From assembly GCA_013265495.1 (NCBI GenBank), contig MU058065.1:5120976-5184975 (forward strand): a stretch of DNA of 64,000 nt, written 5' to 3'. This document shows, in pieces, positions 37,431 through 50,320 of the stretch. The first letter of the stretch is position 1. Every line of letters begins with the position of its first letter. Made by a program: the position numbers and the translations under genes. The stretch comes from Vicugna vicugna (taxonomy: Eukaryota). The notes beneath the pieces are model-generated. The model did not search any database and was not told where the DNA came from. It saw nothing but the letters and a program-made list of their open reading frames with translations.

Positions 37431-38546
37431 GTGAGTTACGTACCTAGTGGTGGGAGAGGATATTTCCTCTGCAGAATCTACCACACACCCATGTGGTCAG
37501 AAGCAGACTGGACAAGGTGGAGTGATTTCTGGAGATACAAAGGAGAAGAGAAACTTTGCCTATAAAACAAGTAAATATTACTTCCTAATGTCAAAAACTG
37601 CTTTTATAGTGTAAAAGGAGGATGATAATACACCAGTTTGCATTCATAGCCCCATAAATAACTTCTACCTACTCATCAATTTATTCAAGATAGACAATTT
37701 ACAAAGAGTACTTGATGGAAGGAAGGAGAACAAAGGGATAAATAAAGGATAGAGCAAGGGAAAGACAAATGAATAAAAGACCAGCTTCTACCATCTTATA
37801 CTATTGCTTGGTTTCAGTCTCACTTCTATGTTTATTTATGGTTCATATTTAATTTGTACCTATATAAGTACCTTCTTTAATATGGTCCAGAAGGAATGCA
37901 ACTGGAGACTCAATTCGGGGAGGCTAAATGTAGCTTATATACATAATTTGGTCATGTCCAAAAATTTCGTCTTATTAAGAGAGGTACCATCCTGAACCCC
38001 AGGAAGAGTGTTTCCATCGGTCATAGACACTCTTGGAGTTTTCCACATAATCCAAGACATTCCAGGTGCTAAATGCAACTGAGTCATTCACAGAGTTTCC
38101 CTGAGGGTTTGGCTCCACCAGTGGCCTTGCTATAACCCTGGGAACACTGGGCCAAAGCCTAAGTCTCAACCCTGACCAGAGTGCTATATCCCACACAGAT
38201 GTCTTCAGAATTTGGCAGCATCAACCCACAGTCACAGATTTCAACCAAACTCAAGCCAGAATATATTCAACAGTTTAGTGAGTTATATGACCACCTGACT
38301 TCTGGCTCCTCATTGAAAATAACTTGATAAAATATACCTGACAGGCATGAAGTTCAGCAGAGAAAGGCCAGATAAAGATCATAATTTCATTAAATAAAAA
38401 GCACATTGACATTAGTGTTTTTCAGTTAGCAAAATTAACTCATCAGTCCCATTGAACTAGAGTATTTATTAATGTATTTTACCAATGCGAAAACATTGTA
38501 ATACACAACCTAGATTTACATAGCAAATCAAATAAAACCAAAGGAT

Positions 38547-38556
38547 GAAAGAAAGT

Positions 38557-38608
<52 letters not shown>

Positions 38609-38610
38609 AA
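38547..38610. repeat. (GAAA)n/(GA)n microsatellite
   Basis: Direct reading. Confidence 0.95.
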
Positions 38611-39699
38611 GATGGAAGAAGTAAAGACAGAAGTCTAGTTCTAAAATTAATCCAAAGATAAAGAAAACAATACAAGAAATAGCAAAACCTAACTATAATC
38701 TGGGGAGATTGTGTGAGCCTTTGTATGTCAGATTCATTCATATGTCATTGCTTGAGTTTTCTGTTGTCTTATTGACTAAATCAGGTCAAGCACACAACCG
38801 ATCAATTGTTTAAAAATGAGCTGATGACCCCTTTCAGGGATACAGACGACATGTTCTGGAAAACAAGTTTTAGTTATGCTGCATGGTACAATATATTCTA
38901 TGAAGTGACCATTCAGTAATGATTTGTTGATTGGCTTAGCTACTCTAATAGTGAAAAAATTATGCTGACAAATAGTCCAATTACCACTTCTGAAATCAAA
39001 AGCTGCATGTGAAATCTGCCACCTAAATGAACTTAAGCATCCTTGAGAATGTTTGTTTTAAATAATTTAAAAAAAAAAGAAACAACCAATTACTTCTAAG
39101 AAAAATTTGCAGCTTTTCTTTTAGTTGATAGTATACACAAGGACAAGAAATGCTAACATAACTAAATAGAATGGCTTTCAAAGGGACTGAGGCTTTGTAA
39201 GTTCTATTAAATGACGTCCAGGGGCAATGACAAGAGGCGACCCAGCTGCCCTGATGTTAAGTAAATGAGAACCTGCACTGTTTAATTGGTCATTTTTAAT
39301 TAGTGTTTAATTATTTAGGATAGAGAGAATGTACATCTCCTTTCATTAATATTAAGTGAACAGAAATTTTCTACATCCTGGGAAAGGAGGAGAAAGATAT
39401 CACTGACATCACTTGATCATTTTCATGATACATATATTTAAGACTTTTGCTGAAATTTAATAGGTGCTATGTGGAAAGCAGAGGTGTTTGTAAAAGAATA
39501 AACTCTAAATGGAGGAAACAGCAGAGCCAAGCATTTCAGGTGTTCCCCTCCCCCTACTTCACAGATTCAAATGGTACTCAGTAGACACCAAAATGCAGTG
39601 ACTACTAAAAACAAAACAGAGATCAAGAAGTCTTTCAAGCAAATTCCTTCAAACTTTTAAGGAATCCTGCTAGAAAGAGTAAGGACATGGAGGAAAATC

Positions 39700-40860
39700 A
39701 ATGAGAAAATAAGAAAAATGAAGCAAAGTGAAATGGAAAAGAAAATGAGGATTATTAAAATGGAATTAGATAGAAAATGACAAATTTGGAAGACACACAA
39801 AGATCCAACGTATATATAATTGGTGTTTGAACTGATTAGAAAATCTGAAACTGAAATAATTTTTCCAATGGCTTAAGAGAAGAAAATATTCCTGAAATAA
39901 AACAGGACCAAAATCTATAGATGAAAAGGCCACATGATGTTCAGGGAGGGATAATACCAAATGAACACTGCAGACTTGCCCTGATTAAGTTACCAGGCTC
40001 TTGCGGGCACTGTGTCAAGAACATCAGACCAACTATGAGCACAGAAAATTATCCGGTCGACCTCAGGTTTTCCTAGAGCCACGCTCAATGCTAGAAGACA
40101 GTGGAAAGCTGTCTACAAAGTTCTGAGAGAAAGGAAGTATGATCCAATAACTTTATACTTGGCCAAGGTATTGTGAAACTAGAAAGGTCAAAGGTATACA
40201 TTCTCATATATTCCAAAATTCAGGTAACACAGAACCCACAGACGCTGCTTGGGGGAAATAATGACTTGAAGGTGAGTCCCAGCCAATTAAGACGTAACTG
40301 AAGAAACCACAGTGAAAAGACTGAGTCTGAGCATGGAGTAAGTTTAAATATAGAATCAAGGCTAAATAACTTGGAGCAGAGAGTATAAATGTTACAAACT
40401 ATGGCAATATAGAAATATTATGCCTAAAAAATTGAGAGGTAAGGAAAGGAGGAGACAGGAAAGAGAGTGTAAACTTGCTGATCTCCTCTTCTTTCAGAGT
40501 TGGGGGTCTGAAGACGCAGTTTAAAGCAGATAATACAGGCTTACATATAATATGTTAACATACAAAATAACCTCTAGGGAAACTAAGAACAATTATATAA
40601 ACAACAGGAATTGAGTGGTGGAAGGGAAGGAAGAAAGACAGGAAGGATTATCAATATTAATTTTCTCATCTATTACAGATAATAAAAATATTAAAAGATA
40701 ATAAATGCAAGTTATAAAATATTTTAAATCATAGAAGAAAATCAATATTAAAAATAAAATAAAACAGTACAGACCAAATAATAAGAGATGTAAAAGAAAT
40801 AAACAAATGAGCATTAAAAATAAAAATACCAGAAGTATAGTTAATAATAGCAGGAGACAA
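39700..40860 (+). mobile_element. HAL1 / old L1 ORF1-like remnant
   Basis: AGATCCAACGTATATATAATTGGTGTT, AGAAAATATTCCTGAAAT, CTCAATGCTAGAAGACAGTGGA..TACAAAGTTCTGAGAGAAA. Confidence 0.7.
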
Positions 40861-40899
40861 AAGAAATTGGCTGTCAAAAGGGAGCTGCTTAAATTAACT

Positions 40900-41720
40900 T
40901 TTGAAATATCCACATAAAGGAATAGTATACAATTATTTAAACAATGAGATAGAGCTTTTGTTGAAACAAACTCTCAGGTATGTAGTAAAGGAAAAAAGTA
41001 AGCTGTCAAATAGCGTGCACAGGATTTTTCCACTTACATACATAAAGAAGATGTTCATTGTAAACACACACACTCTCAACACACACACAAATACTCATTT
41101 AGGTAGGGAGAGTTTTGCAGAAGAAAGTGTTAATAGTGACATTTCTTTCTTGGGTGGAAGACTGGTGGTGTAGAGTTGAAGAACACTACCTTTTCTTTTT
41201 ATTTCCTTTTGTACAATCATTAGCACTTTGACAAAAACAAAATAAAACTAGTTCAAGAAAATGTATATGCATATTCATATATATGTATAATATATACATA
41301 TAATTACATACATATGCATATATACATATTTCTTAACAGATCCTAACAGACACCTGTGTATAGTTAAGGAAGCAACATGAACCAAAGGAATAATATACTT
41401 AGCCAATAAGTTTTGCCAGGAAAACAGGGGAAAAAATAAATTTACATATTGCATCTAATATAAAAATAAATTCCAGACAGATAAAAGATAAACATAAAAA
41501 TTAAAATAAAACTGGAAAAAACTGTAAAGAATTATTTAATTGATAGTTGGGGAAGGATTTTCTAAATATTATAAAAGCCAAGAAAAATGTGAAGAAGCAT
41601 CTGCAACAATATGATAGTCAAAGGGGTTAATATGCTTAATACTTTAAAAGTCCTTTTAAATCTGTCAGGAAAACATATATAATCAAAGAAAAATGGTTAA
41701 TAGAATAAAAAATAAATAAA
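40900..41720 (+). mobile_element. Old L1ME-like fragments
   Basis: TAAAGGAAAAAAGTAAGCTG..TTAATAGTG (3'UTR); AAAATAAATTCCAGACAGATAAAAGA and AAAGGGGTTAATAT (ORF2). Confidence 0.55.
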
Positions 41721-41994
41721 TCTACATATTTTCACTGAATTCCAATTTCACTGAAGTCTAGTGATGGAAGAACATTCTAGAAATAGGTGGATTCTCATCG
41801 CATAATTAGTTGGTTAAAATTGACTGACCTCATAATTATAAAAGGATTATGACTGGTTACTTTTTTTTTAAATAAGCATGTAAGGCATGTTCAAGTCAGC
41901 TGCTACTCATTACCAATTGGGATATATTTTGTAATATCAATGGATATACAGTATCAGTATCTGTATATCAGAGATATACAGATATACAGTATCC

Positions 41995-42200
41995 GTCGGT
42001 CTACGCTACATGTTAGTCCATAGAAGTGCCCTGTCTTATTTAGTCCTCGCAACTCCAGGACACTGCAATTATTATTTCTCCCATTTTGCAAACAGGAAAA
42101 CTGAGGGGCTTCAAGAGATGATGCAATTTATCCAAACTTCACACATCTGGTAAAAAGGCTGAGGCAGGATTTAAGTCCTCTCTATCCCCAAAATTCATGC
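41995..42200 (-). mobile_element. MIR SINE
   Basis: TCTTATTTAGTCCTCGCAAC, CCCATTTTGCAAACAGGAAAACTGAGG. Confidence 0.8.
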
Positions 42201-43919
42201 AGGTGAATTCGGGTGACAACATTTGTAAAGAGCAAAACTGCTCAGAAACATATATATGCCCCAAAGACACAGACTAGCTCTCTATGAAACACAAATAGCG
42301 GCTTTTGTAGCATAGATAAAATTAACTTACATTTTTTTTACCTTTTTATATTTACACTTTAGCAAAAAATGTGTGCGTCTGTTTTCATCTTTCTGGGTTT
42401 CATTTTGCCTCTGTTAAGTCATTACTGCTGCAGTTTGATTAAATGAAATGATTGCCCTTGAACTCTCTCTATGTTCCAAGGCAGCAGAGCAGGGAAAAAC
42501 ATACGGCGCCGGTGCCGTGGCAGCACAATTTTAGGCCTCCTCAAGAATTATGTGGCTGTGGTGGCGACTGCTATCAACAATTTTGTGACTCCTAATTTAG
42601 TCCAGTGGATTCATGGCCTTAAAATGCAAAACTGTGGGTCTGCCAGGCAGTCTCTCCTGTATTCAGAGGCCAGCTCTTCAGCACACAGCACCTGCGTTCC
42701 CCTTCACATGACCACTGCACTCAGGAGAATTTGGACCAACTCAGCATGCAAGGACAACCGGACAGGTGTTTGCTCTGTGAATAGCACGCAGCATGATTAC
42801 CAGAACAACTGACTTTGTATGAAGAGAAAAGAAGAAGGGGTGTGCGGGTGGGGGGGGGTGTATGCCTTCTATTCACAAAACAGGAAACTGTTTTATGATC
42901 ATTTACATGACCTTGTATCCAATGCTTGACTAAATGATGACTTTTTGCAGTTGCAAATGTGTGAGCTTGAAATATAAAATCTCACTTCAACATCACAGTG
43001 TTTACACTGGAATTTTGTCTCAGCTAAAATCTGAAGTGCCCACAACTCTTTATGACTGTGTGTCTGATATCTCTTTCCAGTTTGCTGAATTTATTTCTTC
43101 TGGACAGCTTTGCTGTACATTTTTTTATTGTGTGAGGCTAGTCTACATTTTAGCAAATTTGCAGCTGATTATCCTAAGCTCATTCAGGACCAGTTTCCAG
43201 AGACACTTTGTGTGACCTTGTGGAAGAAAATATAGGACAATGACTTTTCTTTGCAAACTCACTAAACCTTTTATTATACTTGTATGAGGGCGTGGGGGAA
43301 TGCTCATTTAGGGATTAAAAACTATGTCCTCTCCGGGAAAAGATATGAGGTTCCTAGTTTAGATAATGCTATTAAACACATCAATGGTTCCCTCTTTCTT
43401 GGACATACTGCATAGCCCTTGATCCTGCCAGAAATTGTTACTACACTTATTTTTCATGGTAACATACATGTGTGACTTTGTAGAATGTATTTTGGCTTGA
43501 GAAATGGTCCCTTCTCATCAATCCTGCTGTCAATCCTTGGCTGAATTTCATTGCCATAGACAATGGGCACCTTGCTCTCAGGACAAGGTGGGGATTGCCA
43601 GGTTGCATGGCATCACCACGACCGAGCTTCCTCCTTCCTCACCCTGCCCCTTAACTGCTCAACTCCCACTCCCACCCAGCATTATAAGCAAATGTGGTGT
43701 GTTCCCACAGTCATGTTCCCATGGGCTAGGGCAAGAAAGCACAAAAGGAAGATGACACACACCCTGTTTTTGAGTAAGGAAAGGAGGGAGTGTCAATACT
43801 GAAATTGTTCAAACTTCATAGAATGTGACAAAGGGCAGATTGTTGAAGACAGCAATCAGGAAATTCCAAATATTGTCCCTCTTCAACTTAAACTCAGTAG
43901 CCCCTGAACGCTGAGGTCA

Positions 43920-44955
43920 TTCTCACAAAACCCCTGTTGAAAGTGCCTTAAAGGCTGTAATAGGGAAGAACAAATCTGACCCCGTATTAGATCTGTTCCT
44001 CTAGCTCTAACCCTGTGCTCTGTTTCCTGGGCTCAGTCATGCTGGTTCCGCACCTTTTGTAAAAGAACGTTGCCTATAGCCTGAAATATACAGGACAGCC
44101 CATTCTCAAGGCTCTGACCTTTAAGGCTATCACACTTTTCCACTTATATAGAGATGAAAAGTTGCGGAACAGAGAGTAACATTTGTCTGGCTAGAGGTTT
44201 ACAGGAATATTATGACCTGACCTACCTGGACAGCTGCATGAACAAAGGATTCTCCAACACCAAGAAGTTTACAGCAACCAACCACACTCCCTCCCCTTTT
44301 AGGATAAAGGAGCCTGAATTCTGACTTGGGGAAGATGATTCTCTAGGACATCATTCCCCCATCTTCCTGGTCAGCTGGCTTTCTGAATGAAAGTCATTAT
44401 TTCTTGTCCCCAAATCTCATCTCCCGATTTATTGGCCTGTTGTGCAGTGAGTAGAGTGAGTTTGGACCTGGTAACAAGGTTCTCTCACCCCAGGATTAAG
44501 TGCCAAGGGCTTCATATGGCACATGAGGGCATCTATGCCCTGGGCTCATCCCTGTGATTCTTGTCACTCCTTGACCCTTTGTGCATCAAAGCAAAACTAA
44601 GCTCTTCGGGGACCCCACACACCCCCAAGTTGTTTTCACTCCTGGACCTTGGCTTGGGGACACCCATCTGCCTGGGGCCCCCTTCCCCACCCTCCCCAGG
44701 CTAACATCTAATCCTGAACTACCTATCCTCCAGAAGACTTCCTCTCCTTCTCTTCGCTCCCGTAATTTCTTGCCTATAGGTCTCTCATTCTAGTTAGGTT
44801 GTTACTATCTTCTCCTGTTTATTTATGCCTTTCCCTGAAGCACTGTGAGGTCTTCAAAGTATGAGACTGTGTCTTATTTCTCTATCCACCCTGAAGCCCT
44901 GCATAGCCTTCGGCAAATACTAGGAGCTTAATAAATATAGGCTGACTAAATGAAT
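43920..44955 (+). mobile_element. L2 3' region split by an LTR
   Basis: CCCCAGGATTAAGTGCCAA..ATGGCAC; ends CTTAATAAATATAGGCTGACTAAATGAAT. Confidence 0.7.
43956..44476 (+). mobile_element. ERV1 solo LTR (MER41-like), 521 bp
   Basis: TGTAA..TAACA termini, 4-bp flanks AGGC/AGGT, start TGTAATAGGGAAGAACAAATCTGAC, TATA-like GATAAA and poly(A)-like AATGAA in the expected order. Confidence 0.8.
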
Positions 44956-45019
44956 TACCTTGAAAGGCTTATCTTGGAAGAGAGAAACTGAAACATAAAA
45001 TCAACCTAATTCTTTCTTT

Positions 45020-45180
45020 GCTCTGTTACTTTGAGCCAAGTTACTTTTCCATCAACGTCCTAATTTCTTCACCTTCACAATGGGAGTAATGTGTGACAAT
45101 TACATAAGGAAATGCCTAGAAAGTGGCTTAGCCAAGTTCCTGACATATAATCAGAATTAAATGAATGTTAGGTGTTACGA
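45020..45180 (+). mobile_element. MIR fragment
   Basis: CAAGTTACTT..TTTCTTCACC..AATGGGAGTAAT..CCTGACATATAA. Confidence 0.6.
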
Positions 45181-46054
45181 TTAACTAAATAATTAAAGTG
45201 AAGTCAATTCTTCGACTTCTAATATTTATATTTTTCAAGAGTTGCATTTTCAGAATTACTTGGTGTTTGCTCTTAGCGGGGAGTTTTTGGCCTCCTTTGG
45301 AGGCCTCTATATGGTGTTGTGTTACTCTTTTCTCTGAATTATGCTGATCTTTTCCTCAATTTTTCTTCTCTCTGTGTGAAAAGAAATGGCCAGTAGTTCA
45401 GGTGCCCAGTAATTCAGGGCTGGGTGACTCACACATGTCGAGTCAGCAGGGACTCCAATTTAAAACCACATCAGCAGACATCATCCTCTGTAAATATTTC
45501 AAAAATTGATAGACATGGCTGTTTCCACTCTTCCAAATTCCCGCATGTGTCCATCACTCAACGCTGTCTCCTTTCACAAACAAGCTTCATGATGTTCTTC
45601 TTGAAAAAAAGGAACCGTGAATCTCAATTTCTACATCCATCAGTTTCAGTCATTCTCACTCCCAACAAGCTTCAGCAAGAGAAGGAGAGGTTTACAATTT
45701 GGTGACGGGAGTAAATTCTGCATCATCCCATAGGTCAGCAATGCCTTAAAGCACGTTAAAAACTAAAGGTCAAGTCTCCAAAAGTCAAAAGTTCTCTTTC
45801 AAGGGCAGAAATCTTATTTGATTTCTGCTAAGCCCACAAACATGCTTACTTCCCTAAAGGTCTTGGAGATTTGCTTGTAGGTAAGTAAACTTGGAAATAA
45901 CGTTCACTTTAGCACTCTCCTAATTGCAGACCACCCTGGCGCTCGAGGCAGGGCGGTCTCCTCCTTGCACCACAAATATGCTATGCACGTTTCCATCTTC
46001 CTGCTTTGACTCACACTTTCTCCTTCCTCTGTAACAACCCACTGCTCTCTTGCT

Positions 46055-46270
46055 TCAGACCCTGGCTCTGCTGTTCATTAGCTCAGAAACTTTGAAAAAT
46101 TTACTTAACTTTCCCTCATCTATAAAATGGGGATGTAAATAGTATCCATCTCTAAGAGTTGTTACAATAATTCAATGAGACGACGAATGACGACTTAATT
46201 CTTTGGCCCGATTTCCGGCATTAACATGGCATATACTTCATGACAACTAGACACTGTTGCTGCTGTTACG
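46055..46270 (+). mobile_element. MIR fragment
   Basis: CCTGGCTCTGC..TTACTTAAC..CCTCATCTATAAAATGGGGAT. Confidence 0.75.
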
Positions 46271-46684
46271 CTGTCTGTCCCACCCACCCATCATTAAAGG
46301 ACCAGTTCACCCTCTGTCTTTCCCGGAGAGTTTCTCCAGTCACTGTTTCGTCTTTTGTATGGGGTTCACTCTTCACATGATTGTACTTTGGTAAGCACTC
46401 TTCATACCATGACACATGATTGCATATGATCTATATAGCACATTATTAATTATATAACATATACTATCTATAATATACATACATACAAACACCACAGTGT
46501 GTTTGTATATAGAGATTATCACATAACATTTAAAATTATAAAATAAATAACAAAACAATAAATTAAATATATACTATATAACAAATATAAAATACATAAA
46601 TAATATAACAAATATAAAATAAACATCAATTAGGACTTGGTATAAATATATAGATAGACACACACATTTAGTACTCTTCATACT

Positions 46685-47070
46685 GAGGTGTATGCCAATA
46701 CTCAGTTCTCCTTTTAGGCACAGAGGATTACACATCCCACCTCCCTTGCTGTTCCATATAGGGGGGGGCCCACATGAGAAGCTCTAACCAATGAGTCGTG
46801 AATGTAAGTGACATATCACTTTCAGATCATGGCATTTAATCGCTGGTGACAGACCGTCTACAGCTCTTTTCCTCAACCCTAGTCATAGGTCCTGGAAGCA
46901 TTTGTTGAGATAAGGTCCGATCAACCTAGATCTGAGTGATGTTAACTACAATGAGCAGAATCTGCTGACATCCATGCCGTGTCTGTAGTTTCATGAAACA
47001 TGTTTGCATTTTAAGTTTCTGAGGCTGGGAAGGAAGGCTGTTTGTTACTGCAGATACCCTGACATGTACA
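46685..47070 (+). mobile_element. MLT1 (I/H-like) MaLR LTR
   Basis: CCACATGA..CCAATGAG..AAGTGACAT..CACTTTCAG; TGTTTGTTACTGCAG near the 3' end. Confidence 0.7.
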
Positions 47071-48169
47071 CATGTATATGAACACCCTAGATTTTAGCCC
47101 AGAAGTGTAAGTAAACTGCGCAACAAGAGAACAATTCATTAGCTAAGACTACATGGGCCAAACTGATAGAGTTGTATTTATTCTGTTTTATTGACTTGTG
47201 ACTAGCATGTTTGTTCATCTCTAAATATTGGTTTACCAGGTCATACTTGTAAAAACTGAAAGGAAACATCAAAAATGGCTTCGTGATAAATACGTATATA
47301 TAGGTTTTACCTTCTTGTCTAGAATGTAAACTCTGTAAGGAGAAGAAGCTGAAGTCTTACCCTTCTCTGTACTCTACAGCACCAGTCACAAAAGACCTGG
47401 ACCCAGTAAATATCTTCTACTTGACTTGGGGCCAGCCTAGTAGTTTCACTATTACAGCTGAGATAAAAAGGAGAATGCTCCCTAACACTGATTTCTAGTC
47501 ATTAAAATGAAAGCGTGTTAAACTAAACAGTCATCCAAAAATCACATACTAGAGTAGGACCCTAAAGCCATTTATCAGTTTCTTTCAAAGTGGACCCTAA
47601 GAGTATCTGATGAAAAATCCCAGAAACCAGGGTCAGCAGCTATAAATAAGGCTGCTGTAGACCATGTGACTCAGGGAAGCATAGACTTAAGACCTTGTTG
47701 TCAGGAAAGAAGATTCAGGAGTAGTTTTGAGGATAAGACTAGTAAGACATCATTATGTGAAATCAGTCAGTCATCAGGCCATCTGCCCAAGAAGGTGACT
47801 ATTTGCTTGTTCTTCCAATGACATTTCTGATGCCATTCAGATTCCTACAAGATAAATTTGTGTGGCCGAAAGAGATCATAGCTCTCCTGGAAAAAATCAT
47901 GTGACAACTTGTAGGAAAATTATACAGTATTTCATATAACCCAGAGAACAAATCCACTTTGTTCTGCTGAATTATGTGCCAATGGTAAGCCTGGAAATGT
48001 CCAAATTTATCAAGAACCAATCTTGAATGGAGACAAGAAGTCATGCCAAGACTTAGTGGATGGATATCAGACATTGGCAAACAAGGTAAAAGAGGGTGGA
48101 CAGACACGTGATTGAGGAGCATCCAAGTATATTTCAAATGAAAAAAAACACATAAATCAGGTTCTCATC

Positions 48170-48352
48170 TAAAGGTCCCCACACTTTGCCAATAATCAGA
48201 ATCAATAAGCACCTTTGGAAGAATACAGATTACCAGGCAGCATGTCAGACTTATTTATTCAGAATCTCACAGGATAAGGAGGAGGCTGAGCACACATATT
48301 ATTAACAATATCGCCAAGTTGACTTTGATGATTCGTTGCATCTAGGGACCTC
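48170..48352. mobile_element. MER5-type MITE
   Basis: ATCAGAATCA..AATACAGATTACCAGG..TCAGAATCTC. Confidence 0.55.
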
Positions 48353-49339
48353 AACTCTATTCTATTTTCCTAGAAAAGAACCATTCCTTCTGTAGCTTGA
48401 AATGGTCTGGATCCCAGAGGGAAAATTAAGGTGCTGCCCATCCTACAGAGAAAGGCACCTGGAAACCTGGGACAATGAGGGGAGACTTTGCTTGGAACTC
48501 TTCCAACTTTCCCTCCTGCCAATTGAGACTCAAGAGCTAAGAGGAAGTTGGGGCTCCAAGGAAGTCCGGGTGGTCCCTCGCATAGGTTTTAATTACATAA
48601 TTCTATTTCCAGGTGTTTCCCTGAGAGACAGAGCCTCCATGTAGTTACTGACAAACTTCAGAGTCTTTCAGCCTTCTGTGTTGTCATTTTACCTGCATCA
48701 AGGGAAACTTCAAGGAAATGTAAATAATGTATATCTTTTCTTAAAAATCGGTGTAAATATTTCATAGCCTGTACAGTAAATAATAAATACATTTGGAAAA
48801 AATAATATAAATATTTTATTATTTATAGAGCAACTGTTAAGCCTGGAATTACATATGAATGTTCAAAAAAAATCTAATAAATCCTACATTACACACAAAT
48901 GGTTTAAAAGTGACCCCGGTATAGTCATGGGCACAGTTTCTTTTTAATTCTTCGGTTTGTTTCTTAGCCAGGGGAGTGTTAAATCAAGATGTCACAGTCT
49001 GTAACAGCCTGCTTGTGAGTCATTAGAAATTCTGGTAACTGCCCAGCTCCTGTGCTTCTGATCCTACTTGGTGTGCATCTGCCGCTGCCTACAAGAGAAA
49101 TGCAGGAATACCACGCCATGCAGCTGCTGCTTTTAATGTAAAGTGTTTCCAATCCTGCAATGGTTGCTCACACAGAAACACTGGATAATAAATATCCAAT
49201 GCCTCTTGCAAACCGAGCAGGGGAAATTTTCTTCCACCCAACAGTGGGTCAAATCTCTAAGGAGAAAGCTTCAACCAGATAAATGTTTTTTTTCAGATTA
49301 TCAGGGATGTGTTTTCTATTCATAAAATAATCAATCCAT

Positions 49340-49800
49340 CCTGCCTGCGGACTCCTGGTCTTCAGTCTGTTCCTTTTTGCATCCCTCTGCTCCCTTGGAA
49401 TGACATGGAACTCGAGTCCCCGTGACCCACACAAGTTTGTCTGCGTTTTCCTCCACTTCTATTATTTGCTGTCATGCATGTCCTTTGAGACTCAGCCCTA
49501 GCACTGCTCCCCTGGGAGATCGTTCTCACTGAACCCTGCACATGCCTGCATCACAGCACCTGTCCCAGGGAATGAAAAGACTTGTTTGTATTATTTATTC
49601 ACGACTGCGTCCCAGAATCTAGAAGAGTGCCTGGCTCATCGTCAACTCTAAAAATACTTGCTGAATTAATAAATGAATACCTGTCTGTCTGTCTCCCCTA
49701 GTGACCATGGACACTATTTTTATTCACTGTGTCCTCAGAGCCGGTACAGTCCCTCACAGAGTGTAGGCACTCAGTAAAGAGATGTTGGGCAGATAAATCG
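49340..49800 (+). mobile_element. L2 3'-end fragments
   Basis: TCCTTTGAGACTCAGC, AGAGTGCCTGGCTCAT..ATACTTGCTGAATTAATAAATGAA, GTAGGCACTCAGTAAA. Confidence 0.7.
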
Positions 49801-50320
49801 ACTTTACTAGGCAATGTGTCTGTATGCAGTAAAGAGAAACGTATGTGAGAGAGAGAGAGAGAGAAGAGAGAAGAAATAGCGGGTGTGACAAACTACAGCT
49901 TCATTCTTCACATTGAAACATGTCCTTGGGGAAGATTAATAAGTACATGCTTTAACAAAGGTTTATGAGGGGGATAAAGAGTATATTTTTTCACAAATAA
50001 ACCCCCATAAGATTAAAAAGAAATGTTCCTGGTTACACTCATATGGTATTATAGGGCACATACCTCTAAGAAGCTCAAAGCATAACCAAAGTTAGCACAT
50101 TAAATTTTACCTCAGACTACCCCTACGTGGTTGATGGAGGCCACTTATTCATCTCATTTTCCCCTTGGAGGAAGCAAAGGCAAATTAAAGGCAAGCATCT
50201 AATGATTTGCCCAGAGGCACACAAAGATGTAGCTGTGGATCCAGGGTCCTCTCCCCAGCTCTGAGAGCACATGGCTCAGAAGGTTTAGATGGGCAAGTCT
50301 AGCATTAAGAGTCACCAGCT

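Noticed and set aside
40593..40913. Hydrophobic membrane-protein-like ORFs (also 38469-38741)
   Set aside because: Artefacts of reading A-rich repeat or microsatellite DNA on the T-rich strand.
47980..48130. Possible RTE/L4 LINE C-terminal motif (PRL..WMD with a frameshift)
   Set aside because: Similarity is too short to support without an HMM search.
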